DNA of 64,000 nucleotides from an uncultured Rhodospirillaceae bacterium. GTDB taxonomy: Bacteria; Pseudomonadota; Alphaproteobacteria; UBA2966. Below are positions 37,415-48,697 of the stretch, piece by piece; the stretch's first letter is position 1, and every line of letters begins with the position of its first letter. A model generated the notes under the pieces. The model was not told the DNA's origin. It ran no database searches and was given only the letters and a program-made list of their open reading frames with translations. Made by a program: the position numbers and the translations under genes. The stretch is from the NCBI GenBank assembly GCA_964528595.1, contig CAZGTM010000009.1, positions 2,363 to 66,362 on the forward strand. The letters run 5' to 3'.

Positions 37415-38160
37415 TGAGCGTTGTGAGTGAACCATCCCATCTGCGCCTCGGCGTGAACATCGATCACGTGGCGACGATCCGCAATGCCCGCGGCGTGCCC
37501 TATCCCGACCCCGTGCGCGCGGCCGTGGCCGCGGCGGACGCCGGCGCGGACGGCATCACGGCGCACCTGCGCGAAGACCGCCGCCATATCTCCGACGACG
37601 ATATCCACCGTCTCAGCGAAGAATTGGGGCTGCCGCTCAATCTCGAAATGGCGGCGACGGAGGAAATGCTGCAGATCGCGCTGCGCCACAAACCCCATGC
37701 CGTCTGCCTGGTGCCGGAAAAACGCGAGGAATTGACGACGGAAGGCGGCCTCGACGTGGCGGGCGGGCACAACCACCTGGCGCCCTACGTTGCTGCGTTG
37801 CGGGAAAACGGCAGCCGCGTGTCCATGTTCATCGATCCCGAGCCGGCCCAACTGGACGCCGCCCGCAGTCTGGGCGCGCCGGTGGTGGAGCTGCACACCG
37901 GCAGTTATTGCGAAGCCGAGGGCGAGGACCAGGCGAGGGAACTGGAGCGCGTCATGACCGCCGCCGCACACGCCGAAAACATCGGGCTGGAATGCCACGC
38001 CGGTCACGGCCTGACCTACGATACGGTCGGCCCGGTCGCCAAAATCCCCAATGTCGTCGAACTCAATATCGGTCATTTCCTGATCGGCGAAGCCATCTTC
38101 GTCGGCCTCGAAGCCGCCATCAAACAGATGCGTCTGCTGATGGACGAGGCGCGGGCCTGA
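37414..38160 (+). CDS. pdxJ: pyridoxine 5'-phosphate synthase
   Basis: ATG 37414 (overlaps the previous stop) inside track ORF 37159..38160. ..[18 protein letters not shown]......[20 protein letters not shown]... Confidence 0.93.
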   Translation: MSVVSEPSHLRLGVNIDHVATIRNARGVPYPDPVRAAVAAADAGADGITAHLREDRRHISDDDIHRLSEELGLPLNLEMAATEEMLQIALRHKPHAVCLVPEKREELTTEGGLDVAGGHNHLAPYVAALRENGSRVSMFIDPEPAQLDAARSLGAPVVELHTGSYCEAEGEDQARELERVMTAAAHAENIGLECHAGHGLTYDTVGPVAKIPNVVELNIGHFLIGEAIFVGLEAAIKQMRLLMDEARA

Positions 38161-38176
38161 CCTTGGTGCGCCCGTC

Positions 38177-38581
38177 ATGATGATGATCGGCATGGGCAGC
38201 GACTTGATCGACATTCGCCGGATCGAAAAAACCTTGGACCGCTTCGGCCAGCGTTTCACCGACCGCTGCTTTACCGAACTGGAGCGCGCCAAGTCGGACC
38301 GCCGCCTCAACCGTGCCGCCTCCTACGCCAAGCGCTATGCCGCCAAGGAGGCCTGTTCCAAGGCGCTCGGCACCGGTTTCCGGCGCGGCGTTTTCTGGCG
38401 TGACATGGGCGTCGTCAACCTGCCGAGCGGCAAGCCGACGATGGCGCTGACCGGCGGCGCCGCCATCCGGCTGGAGGAAATCACGCCGCAGGGAATGACC
38501 CCGGTTATCGAACTCACGATCACCGACGAACCTCCCTTGGCGCAGGCTATCGTGATCATCACAGCGATGCCAGCGCAATGA
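38177..38581 (+). CDS. acpS: holo-[acyl-carrier-protein] synthase
   Basis: 134 aa. ..[14 protein letters not shown].. and ..[18 protein letters not shown]... Three consecutive ATGs, so the exact start is uncertain. Confidence 0.9.
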   Translation: MMMIGMGSDLIDIRRIEKTLDRFGQRFTDRCFTELERAKSDRRLNRAASYAKRYAAKEACSKALGTGFRRGVFWRDMGVVNLPSGKPTMALTGGAAIRLEEITPQGMTPVIELTITDEPPLAQAIVIITAMPAQ

Positions 38582-38622
38582 CGATTAATTGTTTAATAAC
38601 AATATTTTGTGAAAATTAGTTA

Positions 38623-39459
38623 ATGGAATTATTGAAAAACATTTGGGAGGCTATCGTCTCTCTCCTGCCCGGCAGCGGTGAAGCCGTCGCGGACGCTGCT
38701 GCGGAGGGTGCGGCTGAGGGCGCCGACGCAACCCAACCTTCCACATGGGGCGAGACATTCCGCACCGTCATTTATGCTGTGCTGATCGCGCTCGGGGTAC
38801 GGACGGTGGCGTACGAGCCGTTCAACATCCCGTCCGAATCGATGCTGCCGACCCTGCTGGTGGGCGACTATCTGTTCGTCTCAAAACTGGCATACGGCTA
38901 TTCCAAGCACTCGCTGCCGTTCAGTCCGCCGCTGTTCTCGGGACGAATTTTCGAAAGCCCGGTTGAACGCGGTGACGTCGCCGTCTTCAAACTGCCGACG
39001 GACAATTCGACTGACTACATCAAACGTATCATCGGCGTGCCGGGCGACAACATTCAAATGCGCCAAGGCATTCTTTACCTCAATGGTCAGCCGGTAAAAC
39101 GAGTGCGCGTGAAGGACTTCGTCCACAAGCGCCCAGGCGGCAATCGCCACGCCATCCCGACCTACCGAGAAACGCTGCCGAACGGCGTCACCTACCGCAC
39201 GCTCGATTACGGTTTCACGGAAGCCGACAACACACGGGTGTTTGAGGTGCCTGACGGCTACTACTTCGCCATGGGCGACAATCGCGACAATTCCGTCGAT
39301 TCACGGTTTCGCAACGGCGTCGGCATGGTACCGGCGCAAAATCTGGTGGGACGGGCCGACGTTCTGTTTTTCTCGACCAACGGCGAAAGCGCCTGGTGGG
39401 AAATCTGGAAGTGGCCGTGGACCCTGCGGTTTTCGCGGTTCTTCTCCGGCATTGAGTGA
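38623..39459 (+). CDS. lepB: signal peptidase I
   Basis: 278 aa. TM anchor, catalytic Ser box IPSESMLPTL, Lys box ..YIKRIIGVPGD.., and GDNRDNSVDSR. Confidence 0.93.
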   Translation: MELLKNIWEAIVSLLPGSGEAVADAAAEGAAEGADATQPSTWGETFRTVIYAVLIALGVRTVAYEPFNIPSESMLPTLLVGDYLFVSKLAYGYSKHSLPFSPPLFSGRIFESPVERGDVAVFKLPTDNSTDYIKRIIGVPGDNIQMRQGILYLNGQPVKRVRVKDFVHKRPGGNRHAIPTYRETLPNGVTYRTLDYGFTEADNTRVFEVPDGYYFAMGDNRDNSVDSRFRNGVGMVPAQNLVGRADVLFFSTNGESAWWEIWKWPWTLRFSRFFSGIE

Positions 39460-40172
39460 TGGCGCCCGGCAAGGAACGTGACCGCGACCGGTTACTCAAA
39501 GCCCTTGGCCATGAATTCGGGCGACCTGAGTTTCTCGAGGAAGCGCTGACCCACCCGAGCGCCACGACACGCAAGAGCGCCGGGCGCGGGGAGGGGCGGG
39601 ACTATGAACGCCTGGAATTCCTCGGTGACCGGGTGCTGGGACTGGTGATTGCCGATCATCTTCTGAAAACATTCCCGCAGGCCGACGCCGGCCGTCTGGC
39701 GCGGCGTTTCAATGAACTGGTGCGACAGGAAACGCTGGCCGACGTCGCCAACCGCATCGATCTCGGCGATCACATGTGGTTTGCCAAGGCCGAACGCGAG
39801 GCCGGCGGCGGGGCCAAACCGGCGTTGCTGGCCAATGCCTGCGAGGCCGTGATCGGCGCGTTGTTCCTCGACGGCGGGGTCGAGGCCGCCGCAAGCTTCG
39901 TTCACCGTTACTGGGACGCCCTGGCCGAGGAACTGACGACCGCGCCCAAGGACGCAAAAACGCGGCTTCAGGAACTGGCCCATGCCCGCGCGCTGCAACC
40001 GCCCGCCTACCGGGAGGTCTCTCGCGAGGGACCGCCGCACGAGCCGGTTTTCACCATCGAGGTATCGGTTGACGGGATTGGCGCGGCGGAAGGAAAAGGC
40101 AGCGCCAAACGCGTGGCCGAGCAGGAAGCGGCGGCGGCGCTGTTTGCCCAAATCGAGGACACGGCCACATGA
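39456..40172 (+). CDS. rnc: ribonuclease III
   Basis: 238 aa. Signature ERLEFLGDRVLG and a C-terminal dsRBD (..GPPHEPVFT.EV.V..........G.SKR.AEQ.AA...). The start may be ATG 39459. Confidence 0.93.
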   Translation: MMAPGKERDRDRLLKALGHEFGRPEFLEEALTHPSATTRKSAGRGEGRDYERLEFLGDRVLGLVIADHLLKTFPQADAGRLARRFNELVRQETLADVANRIDLGDHMWFAKAEREAGGGAKPALLANACEAVIGALFLDGGVEAAASFVHRYWDALAEELTTAPKDAKTRLQELAHARALQPPAYREVSREGPPHEPVFTIEVSVDGIGAAEGKGSAKRVAEQEAAAALFAQIEDTAT

Positions 40173-41098
40173 ACGCGGGCGCCACCAAGTGCGGCTTCAT
40201 TGCCCTGATCGGCGCGCCCAACGCCGGCAAATCAACGCTGCTCAACGCCCTGGTCGGCGCAAAAGTGGCCATCGTCAGCCCCAAGGTCCAGACCACGCGG
40301 GCGCGGTTGACCGGCATCGCCGTCGAAGGGTCTTCGCAACTCATCTTCGTCGACACGCCCGGTATCTTCACGCCCAAGCGCCGGCTGGAAAAGGCCATGG
40401 TGGAGGATGCCTGGACCGGCGCCTCGGACGCCGATCTCGTGGTGCTGCTGGTCGATGCGCGCCGCCCCATCAAGGCGGATGACGACGATACCCAGCGCAT
40501 CGTCGACGGCCTCAAATCCAACCGCCGCCGCGCTATCCTTGCGATCAACAAGGTCGATGCCGTCAAACGGCCCGACCTGCTGGCCCTGGCCGACCGCATG
40601 AACGCGGAGCAGCTTGAGGACGGCACGCCGTTGTTCACCGACGTTTTCATGATTTCGGCGCTCACCGGCGACGGCGTCGCCGACCTGGGCGGCCATCTCG
40701 CCGAAACCCTGCCGTCCGGTCCCTGGCTCTACCCCGAAGATCAGATCGCCACCGCGCCGTGGCGCTACCTCGCGGCGGAAGTGACGCGGGAGAAGCTCTT
40801 TATCAATCTGCACCAGGAACTGCCCTACCAGCTCACCGTCGAGACCGAGGATTGGGAGGAACGCAAGGACGGCTCCGTCAAAATTTCCCAGGTCGTCTAC
40901 GTCACCCGCGCCAACCACAAGGGCATCGTGCTGGGTAAGAAGGGCGCTTTGGTCAAGAAAGTCGGCGAAGCCGCGCGCCACGACCTCGAGGCGCAGATGG
41001 AGCGGCGCGTGCATCTCTTTATCTTCGTCAAGGTCCGCGAAAACTGGCTCGACGACCCGGAACGCTACAAGGAAATGGGCCTGGATTTCCCGAAGTAG
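40169..41098 (+). CDS. era: GTPase Era
   Basis: 309 aa. G1 GAPNAGKSTL, G3 DTPG, G4 NKVD, and a KH domain (..EV.REKLF..L..ELPY...VE...). ATGA overlap with rnc. Confidence 0.95.
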   Translation: MNAGATKCGFIALIGAPNAGKSTLLNALVGAKVAIVSPKVQTTRARLTGIAVEGSSQLIFVDTPGIFTPKRRLEKAMVEDAWTGASDADLVVLLVDARRPIKADDDDTQRIVDGLKSNRRRAILAINKVDAVKRPDLLALADRMNAEQLEDGTPLFTDVFMISALTGDGVADLGGHLAETLPSGPWLYPEDQIATAPWRYLAAEVTREKLFINLHQELPYQLTVETEDWEERKDGSVKISQVVYVTRANHKGIVLGKKGALVKKVGEAARHDLEAQMERRVHLFIFVKVRENWLDDPERYKEMGLDFPK

Positions 41099-41133
41099 TA
41101 CTTCCGGTCTCCCGGCTCTGCTAACCTCGCGCC

Positions 41134-41856
41134 ATGAACTGGACCGACGACGGCATTGTCCTCAGCGCGCGCAAGCATGGCGAAACGTCCGCCATCGTGC
41201 AGATGCTGACACGCGACCATGGGCGGCATGCCGGATTGGTGCGGGGCGGCGCCGGGCGAGGGGCACGGGGCACGTTGCAGCCGGGCAACGAGGTGCAGGC
41301 GGTGTGGCGGGCCAGGCTGGCCGAACATCTCGGTACCTATTCCGTTGAATTGGCGCGGGCGCGGGCGGCCCAGGTACTGACGGAACCCGGCCGTCTGGCG
41401 GCGCTGTCGTCGGCCTGCGCGGTGGCCGAGGCCGCCTTGCCCGAACGTGAAGCCCACCCCGCTGCTTTCGACGGTTTCCGGGCGCTGCTCGACGCCCTGG
41501 AACAATCCGAGCATTGGGCCCACGTCTACGTGCGCTGGGAACTGGGACTGTTGGGCGAACTGGGCTTCGGGCTGGATCTATCGACCTGCGCTCAGACCGG
41601 CGAAATCGAAGGTCTGGCCTACGTCAGCCCGCGCACGGGCCGGGCCGTGACCGAGGCGGCGGCGGGCCAATACAAGCACCGCCTGCTCAAACTGCCGGCC
41701 TTCCTGACGGACGCGGGAAACGGCGGGGAAAACGCCGATGATGTTGCCGACGGCCTGAACCTGACCGGCTTTTTTCTCGAACGCCACGTGCTTGCGCCGC
41801 ACCACGTGGCGATGCCGCCGGCGAGAACGCGCCTGGCCGGGCATAAATTTCGCTGA
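41134..41856 (+). CDS. recO: DNA repair protein RecO
   Basis: 240 aa. N-terminal OB region ..DDGIVLSARKHGETSAIV..LT..HGRHAGLVRGG.. and position after era. Confidence 0.88.
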   Translation: MNWTDDGIVLSARKHGETSAIVQMLTRDHGRHAGLVRGGAGRGARGTLQPGNEVQAVWRARLAEHLGTYSVELARARAAQVLTEPGRLAALSSACAVAEAALPEREAHPAAFDGFRALLDALEQSEHWAHVYVRWELGLLGELGFGLDLSTCAQTGEIEGLAYVSPRTGRAVTEAAAGQYKHRLLKLPAFLTDAGNGGENADDVADGLNLTGFFLERHVLAPHHVAMPPARTRLAGHKFR

Positions 41857-41926
41857 CGGCGGCTGACGAGTTGAGGCACTATTGACCGGTTGCCATGTGA
41901 GCGCTGGATATGGGGGCCACCCGGTT

Positions 41927-42661
41927 ATGAGATATCTCGCTCTTGCCGCCATCGTGTTGGCGAACCTGTTTCGGTCCGCCGGCGTGGATGCCAAGGATCT
42001 GGAAATCCTTTATCACGACCGACCTCCATATTACGCCCAGCAGGATGACGGCGAAGTCGCGGGCATCGTGGCCACACCGATCAACAAGTCGCTTCGGGCA
42101 GCGGGCATTCCGTTCAGGTGGGTGAGCCGTTCCGGCAACGCCCAGATCAAGATCGTCAAACGCGGCAAGGATTTCGCTTGTGCCGCGGGCTGGTTCAAAA
42201 ATCCGGAGCGCGAAAAGTTCGCCAACTACAGCCTTCCGATCTACCGCGACAAGCCACAGGTCATCGTTATGCGGACGGATAACGAAAAGGCGATGCAGCA
42301 TTCCACCTTGCGCGAGTTGTTCAACGACCCGAGCCTCAAATTCGGCGCCAAACTCGGGTATTCCTACGGCGGCTTCGTTGACGGATTGATTGCGGAACTC
42401 AACCCCAAGGTCATGCGAAACACCCAGGACAGCGGCGGTATGGTGCGCATGCTGCTGGGCCGGCGATTCGACTATTTCATTGCGGCGCCGGAGGAATTCG
42501 CCTCCCTGACGGTGCGGTTGGGCATCGCCGGCGAGGACATCATGAGCATCAGAATGAAGGACATTCCACCGGGAAACCGCCGCTATCTCATGTGCAGCAA
42601 AGCCGTTCCAAAAGAGCTGATCCGGCGATTTGACGAGGCCTTGGAAAAGTCGTCCGAGTGA
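41927..42661 (+). CDS. orphan periplasmic solute-binding-protein family 3-like protein
   Basis: ATG 41927 inside track ORF 41882..42661. Signal peptide MRYLALAAIVLANLFRSAGVDA. SBP_bac_3-like pattern (..YSLPIY.., ..RFDYFIA..). No adjacent transporter genes. Confidence 0.6.
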   Translation: MRYLALAAIVLANLFRSAGVDAKDLEILYHDRPPYYAQQDDGEVAGIVATPINKSLRAAGIPFRWVSRSGNAQIKIVKRGKDFACAAGWFKNPEREKFANYSLPIYRDKPQVIVMRTDNEKAMQHSTLRELFNDPSLKFGAKLGYSYGGFVDGLIAELNPKVMRNTQDSGGMVRMLLGRRFDYFIAAPEEFASLTVRLGIAGEDIMSIRMKDIPPGNRRYLMCSKAVPKELIRRFDEALEKSSE

Positions 42662-42731
42662 CAGTTGGAACATCGTCCCGAGAAACATTATTTCCCTACA
42701 TACCCCCAACATGTAGTGCTATACAGGGGGC

Positions 42732-44975
42732 ATGAATACCACCGATACCCTCGATCCGCCATCTGACGGCGTGCTTGATACGCCGCTGTCGGAGGCTCTC
42801 TCCGAACGTTATCTGGCCTACGCCCTGTCGACCATCACGTCGCGCTCCCTGCCCGACGTGCGCGATGGCCTGAAACCGGTTCACCGCCGCATCCTGCATG
42901 CCATGCGCCTCCTGAAGCTTGATCCCGATCAGGGCTTCAAGAAATGCGCCCACGTCGTCGGCGACGTGATGGGCAAATACCACCCGCACGGCGACCAGTC
43001 GATCTACGACGCCCTGGTGCGGCTGGCCCAGGATTTCGCCTCGCGTTACCCCCTGGTGGACGGGCAGGGCAATTTCGGCAACATCGACGGCGATAACGCG
43101 GCGGCCATGCGCTACACGGAAGCGCGCCTGACGGAAGTGGCGGAGGCCCTATTGGGCGGGCTCGACGAGGATGCGGTCGACTTCCGCGAGACCTATGACG
43201 GCGAAGAAAGCGAACCGCTGGTACTGCCGGCGGCCTTTCCCAATCTGCTGGCCAACGGCGCCACCGGCATCGCGGTCGGTATGGCGACCTCCATTCCGCC
43301 CCATAACGCCGGCGAATTGTGCGAGGCGGCGCTGCATCTCATCAAGTTCCCCAACGCCACGGCGGCCAAACTGGCCGACATCGTGCCGGGCCCCGATTTC
43401 CCCACCGGCGGCGTCATGGTCGAACCCCGCGACAACGTGGTCGACGCCTACAAAACCGGGCGGGGCGGCTTCCGCCTCAGGGCCAAATGGGAGAAGGAGA
43501 AGACGGGACGCGGCCAGTACCAGATCGTCGTCAGCGAAATCCCTTACCAGGTGCAGAAGGCCAAGCTGGTCGAGAAGATCGCTGAACTGATCCTCAACAA
43601 GAAGCTGCCGATGCTGTCCGACGTGCGGGACGAGAGCGCCGATGACGTGCGTCTGGTGCTGGAGCCGAAAAGCCGCACGGTCGAAGCCGAACCGCTGATG
43701 GAGACCCTGTTCCGGCTGACCGATCTGGAGGTGCGGATATCGCTCAACCTCAATGTCCTGGCGGCCGACGGCTCGCCGGGCGTGATGAACCTGCGCGATG
43801 CCCTGCGCGCCTTCCTCGATCACCGCCACGACGTCCTGATGCGCCGGGCCCAACACCGGCTGGACAAGATTGCGCACCGTCTGGAGGTTCTCGAAGGCTA
43901 TCTCATCGCCTACCTCAATCTCGACGAGGTAATCCGCATCATCCGCGAGGAGGACGAAGCCAAGCCCGCGCTGATCAAGGCCTTCAAGCTTACGGATGTA
44001 CAAGCCGAGGCCATCCTCAACATGCGGCTGCGCAGCTTGCGCCGCCTGGAGGAGGAGGGCATCCGGACCGAGCATGCCGAGTTGAAATCCGAACAGAAGG
44101 AGCTCAAAGGCCTGCTGAAGGATGAAAAGAAGCGGTGGAAGCGGATCGCGGACGAGCTGAAGGTGACCCGTGCGAAATTCGGCGCCAAGACGGAGCTCGG
44201 TAAGCGCCGCACGGAAATCGCCGATGCGCCCGAGGTCGTGGAAGTGCCGTTGGAAGCCATGGTCGAGCGCGAGCCCATCACCATCATCTGTTCGGAGAAG
44301 GGCTGGATTCGCGCGATGAAAGGCCATGTCGAGGCCAACGGCGAAGCAAAATTCAAGGAAGGCGACCGTGGCCGTTATTGGCTGCACGCCGAAACCACCG
44401 ACAAGATCGTCATCTTCGCCACCAACGGCCGCTTCTACACGGTGAGTTGCGACAAGCTGCCGAAGGGCCGGGGGCACGGTGAGCCGATCCGTTTGATGAC
44501 CGGCATGGGCAACGACGAGGATATTGTCGAACTTCTTGTGCACCAGCCGGAACGCAAGCTGGTGGTGGCCTCGTCCGACGGCCGCGGCTTCGTCGTCCGG
44601 GAAAGCCAGGTGATCGCGCAAACCCGGTCGGGCAAGCAGGTGTTGAACGTCTCGGGCGGCAATGAGGCGCGCGCGCTGTCGGTCGTGGCGGCCGGGGCCG
44701 ATGCCCTTGCCTGCGTCGGCGACAACCGCAAGATGCTGATCTTCGACCTGGGCGAACTGCCCGAGATGGGCCGGGGCCGGGGTGTCGTGCTGCAGCGCTA
44801 CAAGGACGGCGGACTGTCGGATGTACGGGCCTTCAACCGCAAGGAGGGCCTGACCTGGGCCGCCGGCGTTTCCCGCACCCGCACCGAAACCGATCTCCTG
44901 ACCTGGGAGGGCAAGCGCGCCCAGGCTGGCCGGCTGGCGCCCAAGGGCTTCGCCAAAACGAACCGGTTTTCGTGA
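42732..44975 (+). CDS. parC: DNA topoisomerase IV subunit A
   Basis: 747 aa. ..[21 protein letters not shown].., ..[40 protein letters not shown].. (active-site Tyr). The shorter C-terminal domain lacks a GyrA box, consistent with ParC. Confidence 0.9.
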   Translation: MNTTDTLDPPSDGVLDTPLSEALSERYLAYALSTITSRSLPDVRDGLKPVHRRILHAMRLLKLDPDQGFKKCAHVVGDVMGKYHPHGDQSIYDALVRLAQDFASRYPLVDGQGNFGNIDGDNAAAMRYTEARLTEVAEALLGGLDEDAVDFRETYDGEESEPLVLPAAFPNLLANGATGIAVGMATSIPPHNAGELCEAALHLIKFPNATAAKLADIVPGPDFPTGGVMVEPRDNVVDAYKTGRGGFRLRAKWEKEKTGRGQYQIVVSEIPYQVQKAKLVEKIAELILNKKLPMLSDVRDESADDVRLVLEPKSRTVEAEPLMETLFRLTDLEVRISLNLNVLAADGSPGVMNLRDALRAFLDHRHDVLMRRAQHRLDKIAHRLEVLEGYLIAYLNLDEVIRIIREEDEAKPALIKAFKLTDVQAEAILNMRLRSLRRLEEEGIRTEHAELKSEQKELKGLLKDEKKRWKRIADELKVTRAKFGAKTELGKRRTEIADAPEVVEVPLEAMVEREPITIICSEKGWIRAMKGHVEANGEAKFKEGDRGRYWLHAETTDKIVIFATNGRFYTVSCDKLPKGRGHGEPIRLMTGMGNDEDIVELLVHQPERKLVVASSDGRGFVVRESQVIAQTRSGKQVLNVSGGNEARALSVVAAGADALACVGDNRKMLIFDLGELPEMGRGRGVVLQRYKDGGLSDVRAFNRKEGLTWAAGVSRTRTETDLLTWEGKRAQAGRLAPKGFAKTNRFS

Positions 44976-45027
44976 GGCCAATCCTTCCCTAGACTGTGAC
45001 ACCTGACAAGTGGGTAGGGAGGTTCGC

Positions 45028-46655
45028 GTGGCGGCCGACGACAATTTTGCGACTGTTTTTCAGGCCTTCACGGCGACGGCACACCGTTCGCCCGACGCCG
45101 CCTTCTTCTGCGTTCCGGCCTATGAGGGTCGGGACTACCATCCCGACGGCGCTGAGTTTACCTACGACGAGATTTTGACCGCGGTCTTGGCCATGAAGGC
45201 GCGTTACGAAGCGGCGGGTTACGGTCACGGTCACAGAGTCGCTCTGCTGCTCGAGAACCGGCCGGAGTTTTTCCACCACTACCTGGCGCTCAATGCGCTG
45301 GGGGTATCGATCGTGCCGGTCAATCCCGACTACCGGCAGGATGAGATGACCTACCAGCTGGGCCATTCCGACGCGGCGCTCGTTATCGCCCTTTCCAACC
45401 GTGTAGCGGATTGCGAGGCCGCCGCCGCCGACACCGAAACGAGGCCGTCGGTATTGGACGCCTACGCCCTGCCCGAGAAACTGCCGGAGCCAGGCCAAGT
45501 GCCACGTGACGGCGCGCCGGGACACGATACCGAATGCGCGCTCCTCTACACCTCAGGCACTACCGGCCGGCCCAAGGGATGCGTTCTGACAAATCTCTAT
45601 TTCCTCTGCTCCGGCGATGGTTATCTGTCGATGAGCGGCACGGCGGCGCTGGAACCGGGCAAGGAGCGCATCCTCAATCCGCTGCCGCTTTTCCACATGA
45701 ACGCGCTTGCGGTAACCGCGACGGGCGCGATGCTGTCGGGCAATTGCCTGATTTCGCCGGATCGCTTTCACCCAACCGCCTGGTGGAAGGACATTCGCGA
45801 GACCGGGGCTACGGCCTTTCATTACCTGGGCGTGGTGCCGCCCATGTTGCTGAACCAACCGGAGAAGGCCGATGACAGGGATCATCCGGCCCGCGTCGGA
45901 TTGGGGGCGGGGGTCGATCCAAAGCACCATGAGAACTTCGAGAAGCGCTTCGGCGTGCCGCTGATTGAACTTTGGGGCATGACGGAAACCGGCAAGATCT
46001 ACGGCGACGTGGAGGAGCCCCGACAGGTCGGAACCCGGGGTTTGGGCGGCCTTATCCGGGGCTGGAGGCACTGGTCGTCGACGATGACGGCCGCGAGGTG
46101 CCGCGCGGCGAAGAGGGTGAGCTGCTGGTGCGAAATTCGGCCGATGATCCGCGGCGCGGTTTGTTCAGCGAATACCTCAAGGACGATGAGGCCACGGCGG
46201 AGGCCTGGAGGGACGGTTGGTTCCATACCGGTGATACTGTGCGTCAAGCCGAGGACGGCATGCTCTACTTCGTCGACCGCAAGAAGAACATTATCCGCCG
46301 GGCCGGCGAGAACATCGCGGCGGCGGAGGTCGAAGGCGTCCTTCAGGCGCACGATGATGTCGCCCAAGCGGCGGTCATCGCCGTGCCGGACGACTTGCGC
46401 GAAGAGGAGGTTTTCGCCTGTATCGTCGCCATGCCGGGAACGCCGCAGGACCGCGCGCAGGCCGACAAGCTCATGACATGGGCGTTGGATCGTCTGGCCT
46501 ATTTCAAGGCGCCCGGTTACATCCTGTTCATGGCCGATCTGCCGACCACCGGCACGCAAAAAGTTCAAAAAGCGCAGATATTTGCGCCCGATGCGAACCC
46601 GCGCGACGAACCGGGGGTATATGACATGACGGCCCTTAAGAAGCGCTCTCGATAA
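45028..46655 (+). pseudogene. AMP-dependent acyl-CoA synthetase/ligase, reading frame broken by a 1-nt deletion near 46037-46043
   Basis: GTG 45028 is preceded by GGGAGG. AMP motif LLYTSGTTGRPKG and ..ELWGMTETG.. are in the frame of track ORF 45010..46476 up to ..PRQVGTRG. That frame then becomes Arg/Ser-rich nonsense. The family-typical continuation FGRPYPGLEALVVDDDG..GELLV..WFHTGD..DRKKNIIRRAGENI..PTTGTQKVQK runs in the -1 frame (track ORF 45972..46655). Confidence 0.8.
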
Positions 46656-46660
46656 TCTGC

Positions 46661-47419
46661 TTAGCTCCGCGAGAGAACTTGCCAGCCGCTTGGACCGAGC
46701 GCCTCGATGGGCTCGAACCGGGCTTTGTAGGCCATCGTTTGACTTTCAGCGATCCAGTAACCGAGGTAGACATGCTGGCGCTGTTCGGCTTGTGCCCGTT
46801 CGATCAACTTGAGGATCACCGCCGACCCATAGCTTGCTTTCGGATGCGAGGGCGTGAAGAAGCTGTAGATCAACGATAGTCCGTCGCCCAGGATGTCGAC
46901 CAGGCAGGCCGCCACCAGGTCCCCCGAGTTGTCGCGAAACTCGATGACCTCTGTGGAAACAGAGGTCTCCTCGATCATCGTGCGGTATTCCTCGAAGGAC
47001 ATGTCCGCCATGCCGCCATCGAAATGCCGGGCTTCAAGGTAGCGGGCAAACAACTGGTACTGCTCGACGGTTGCCTTGGGCGGCCGCGAGATCATCTCAA
47101 GACCGGCGTTTTTTGAGCTAACCCGGCGCATCCATTTCTTGGATCGGAATTCCGCCACGCGGACGCGGACCGCTACGCAGGCGGTGCAGCTTTCGCAAAA
47201 CGGCCGGTAGGCGATGCCCTGGTTGCGGCGAAATCCGTTCACCGCCAGCAGATCATGCAAACCGTCGGCCTCCGGGCCCGTCAGTTCGGTAAACACTTTG
47301 CGCTCCAGCCGTCCCGGCAGGTAGGGACAGGGGGACGGGCGGGTGGCGTAAAATCGCCGAGGCGCGGCTTCGGCGATGGCGCGCATCGCGTCGTCGAGGC
47401 CGTGCTTCTCGGTATCCAT
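46661..47419 (-). CDS. bpt: arginyl/leucyl-tRNA--protein transferase (Bpt/ATE family)
   Basis: 252 aa. ..PCPYLPGR.E.........L...GFRR......RP.C..C..C...R.. and ..YLGYWI......M.YK..F.P.E... Confidence 0.88.
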   Translation of the reverse strand: MDTEKHGLDDAMRAIAEAAPRRFYATRPSPCPYLPGRLERKVFTELTGPEADGLHDLLAVNGFRRNQGIAYRPFCESCTACVAVRVRVAEFRSKKWMRRVSSKNAGLEMISRPPKATVEQYQLFARYLEARHFDGGMADMSFEEYRTMIEETSVSTEVIEFRDNSGDLVAACLVDILGDGLSLIYSFFTPSHPKASYGSAVILKLIERAQAEQRQHVYLGYWIAESQTMAYKARFEPIEALGPSGWQVLSRS

Positions 47420-47425
47420 TTATGA

Positions 47426-47875
47426 CTATCCCGGATTGGAGTCCAACAGGGTCCGGCGAAGGTCGCCAGGTAATTCGGTTGACGAGTTTGTCGACCGGTC
47501 GACCAGGACCATGACGCATTCCGCCGTGGCTGCGCAGCGTCCGTCCTCGAACAAACCCGACCCGACGACCACGGTACTCCGGCCCAGGCGCATCGTGCGG
47601 GAGCCGATATCGACCGAACCAGGATAATTGAGTTGACCGGTGAAATCGATGCACAAGCGCACGGCCATCCAGCCGAATTTGGGATCATCGACCGAAGGAC
47701 CGTGGTCTGCCAGGTACTTCACGCGGCCGGATTCGAAAAACGTTGAAAAAGCGACGTTGTTGACGTGGTTCAGAGGATCCAGGTCGGCAAACCGGATGAT
47801 GTCCCGGGTCCAATGACCATAGACGCCGGGATCGCTGAGGTCGGCGTCCGCCTCTGTATTTAGGGTACTGTTCAT
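47426..47875 (-). CDS. acyl-CoA thioesterase, 4HBT (YbgC-like) hotdog fold
   Basis: 149 aa. ..IRFADLDPLNHVNNVAFSTFFESGR.. is typical of the 4HBT catalytic region. Confidence 0.8.
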   Translation of the reverse strand: MNSTLNTEADADLSDPGVYGHWTRDIIRFADLDPLNHVNNVAFSTFFESGRVKYLADHGPSVDDPKFGWMAVRLCIDFTGQLNYPGSVDIGSRTMRLGRSTVVVGSGLFEDGRCAATAECVMVLVDRSTNSSTELPGDLRRTLLDSNPG

Positions 47876-47938
47876 GACGCCATCTTGGCTTTTCGCAAGC
47901 CCAAAGCCAAGGGGAACAGTGCGTCGATCAGGTGCGCT

Positions 47939-48469
47939 CTAGGGAACGTGATCGACGCGCGGTGCTGAGTTGATCATGATTGTACCGCACATCATGTCGT
48001 GCACGGTGCGCCGTTTGTCGTTGAAAAATACGACCACCAGTGGGATCAGCCAGAGGAGGCTTATGCTCACGTAAAATACCGCGGTCTGCGCGGCGGCTTG
48101 AATGTAGCCTGGGCGCTGGCCGTCCCAGGTCCTGAGTTCGATGTCCATCATCCGCATGCCGAAGGTCGCTGACGCGGGGCCGCCCAGCAGCAGCGTGTGA
48201 TAGGCCAAAGGCACCAATGCCAAAGCGGCGAACAACGGTGGTGCCAGCAAGCCGAAACTCAGGACGCCGACGATGGACGCCACGATCGTCAGACCGAACA
48301 AGAGGATACCAATGGCGATAAGGTCGACAATGTAGGCGATCACCCGCTTTCGAACGATGCCGTCGAGCAGGGCACGGTCAAAATTCGGGCTGGTGGGGTC
48401 GTCGAACGCCAGGGGTACATCCAGAGGCGTCGGTATGTTGCGGTCGCTCAGCGCTTCCTCCCGTCGCAA
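47939..48469 (-). CDS. RDD family membrane protein
   Basis: 176 aa. ..KRVIAYIVDLIAIGIL.., three TM segments, and the ..RRTVHDMMCGT.. RDD-type C-terminal motif. Confidence 0.75.
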   Translation of the reverse strand: MRREEALSDRNIPTPLDVPLAFDDPTSPNFDRALLDGIVRKRVIAYIVDLIAIGILLFGLTIVASIVGVLSFGLLAPPLFAALALVPLAYHTLLLGGPASATFGMRMMDIELRTWDGQRPGYIQAAAQTAVFYVSISLLWLIPLVVVFFNDKRRTVHDMMCGTIMINSAPRVDHVP

Positions 48470-48697
48470 GTTTCAAGATCCGAACATAAGCACGGTAATA
48501 CGGTATCCCTCCAAGATGGGTATAAACCGGCTGTTTCGCAACACTCCAATTACACCGACCTATCGGTAGAAACGGCTGAAACACCCCAGATACAAATATT
48601 ACCGGCAGGAAACGATTTTTGTTTTTGATGAAATAGTCCGGTTACTTCGGCATGTGATTTTCCCGCCACCAAATGACCCACGTAAGACGAGGAAAAG

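Noticed and set aside
37351-38310. 319-aa minus-strand ORF
   Set aside because: It is antisense to pdxJ/acpS with no motifs, a high-GC artefact.
43149-45044. 631-aa ORF on the minus strand
   Set aside because: It is antisense to parC. The composition is low-complexity and Arg/Gly/Ala-rich, whereas parC itself has unmistakable topoisomerase motifs.
47884-47911. 9-bp inverted repeat CTTGGCTTT..AAAGCCAAG between the RDD gene and the thioesterase gene, considered as a terminator
   Set aside because: There is no U-tract on the transcribed (minus) strand and the loop is 10 nt. It is possibly an mRNA-stability element, but it is too weak to call.
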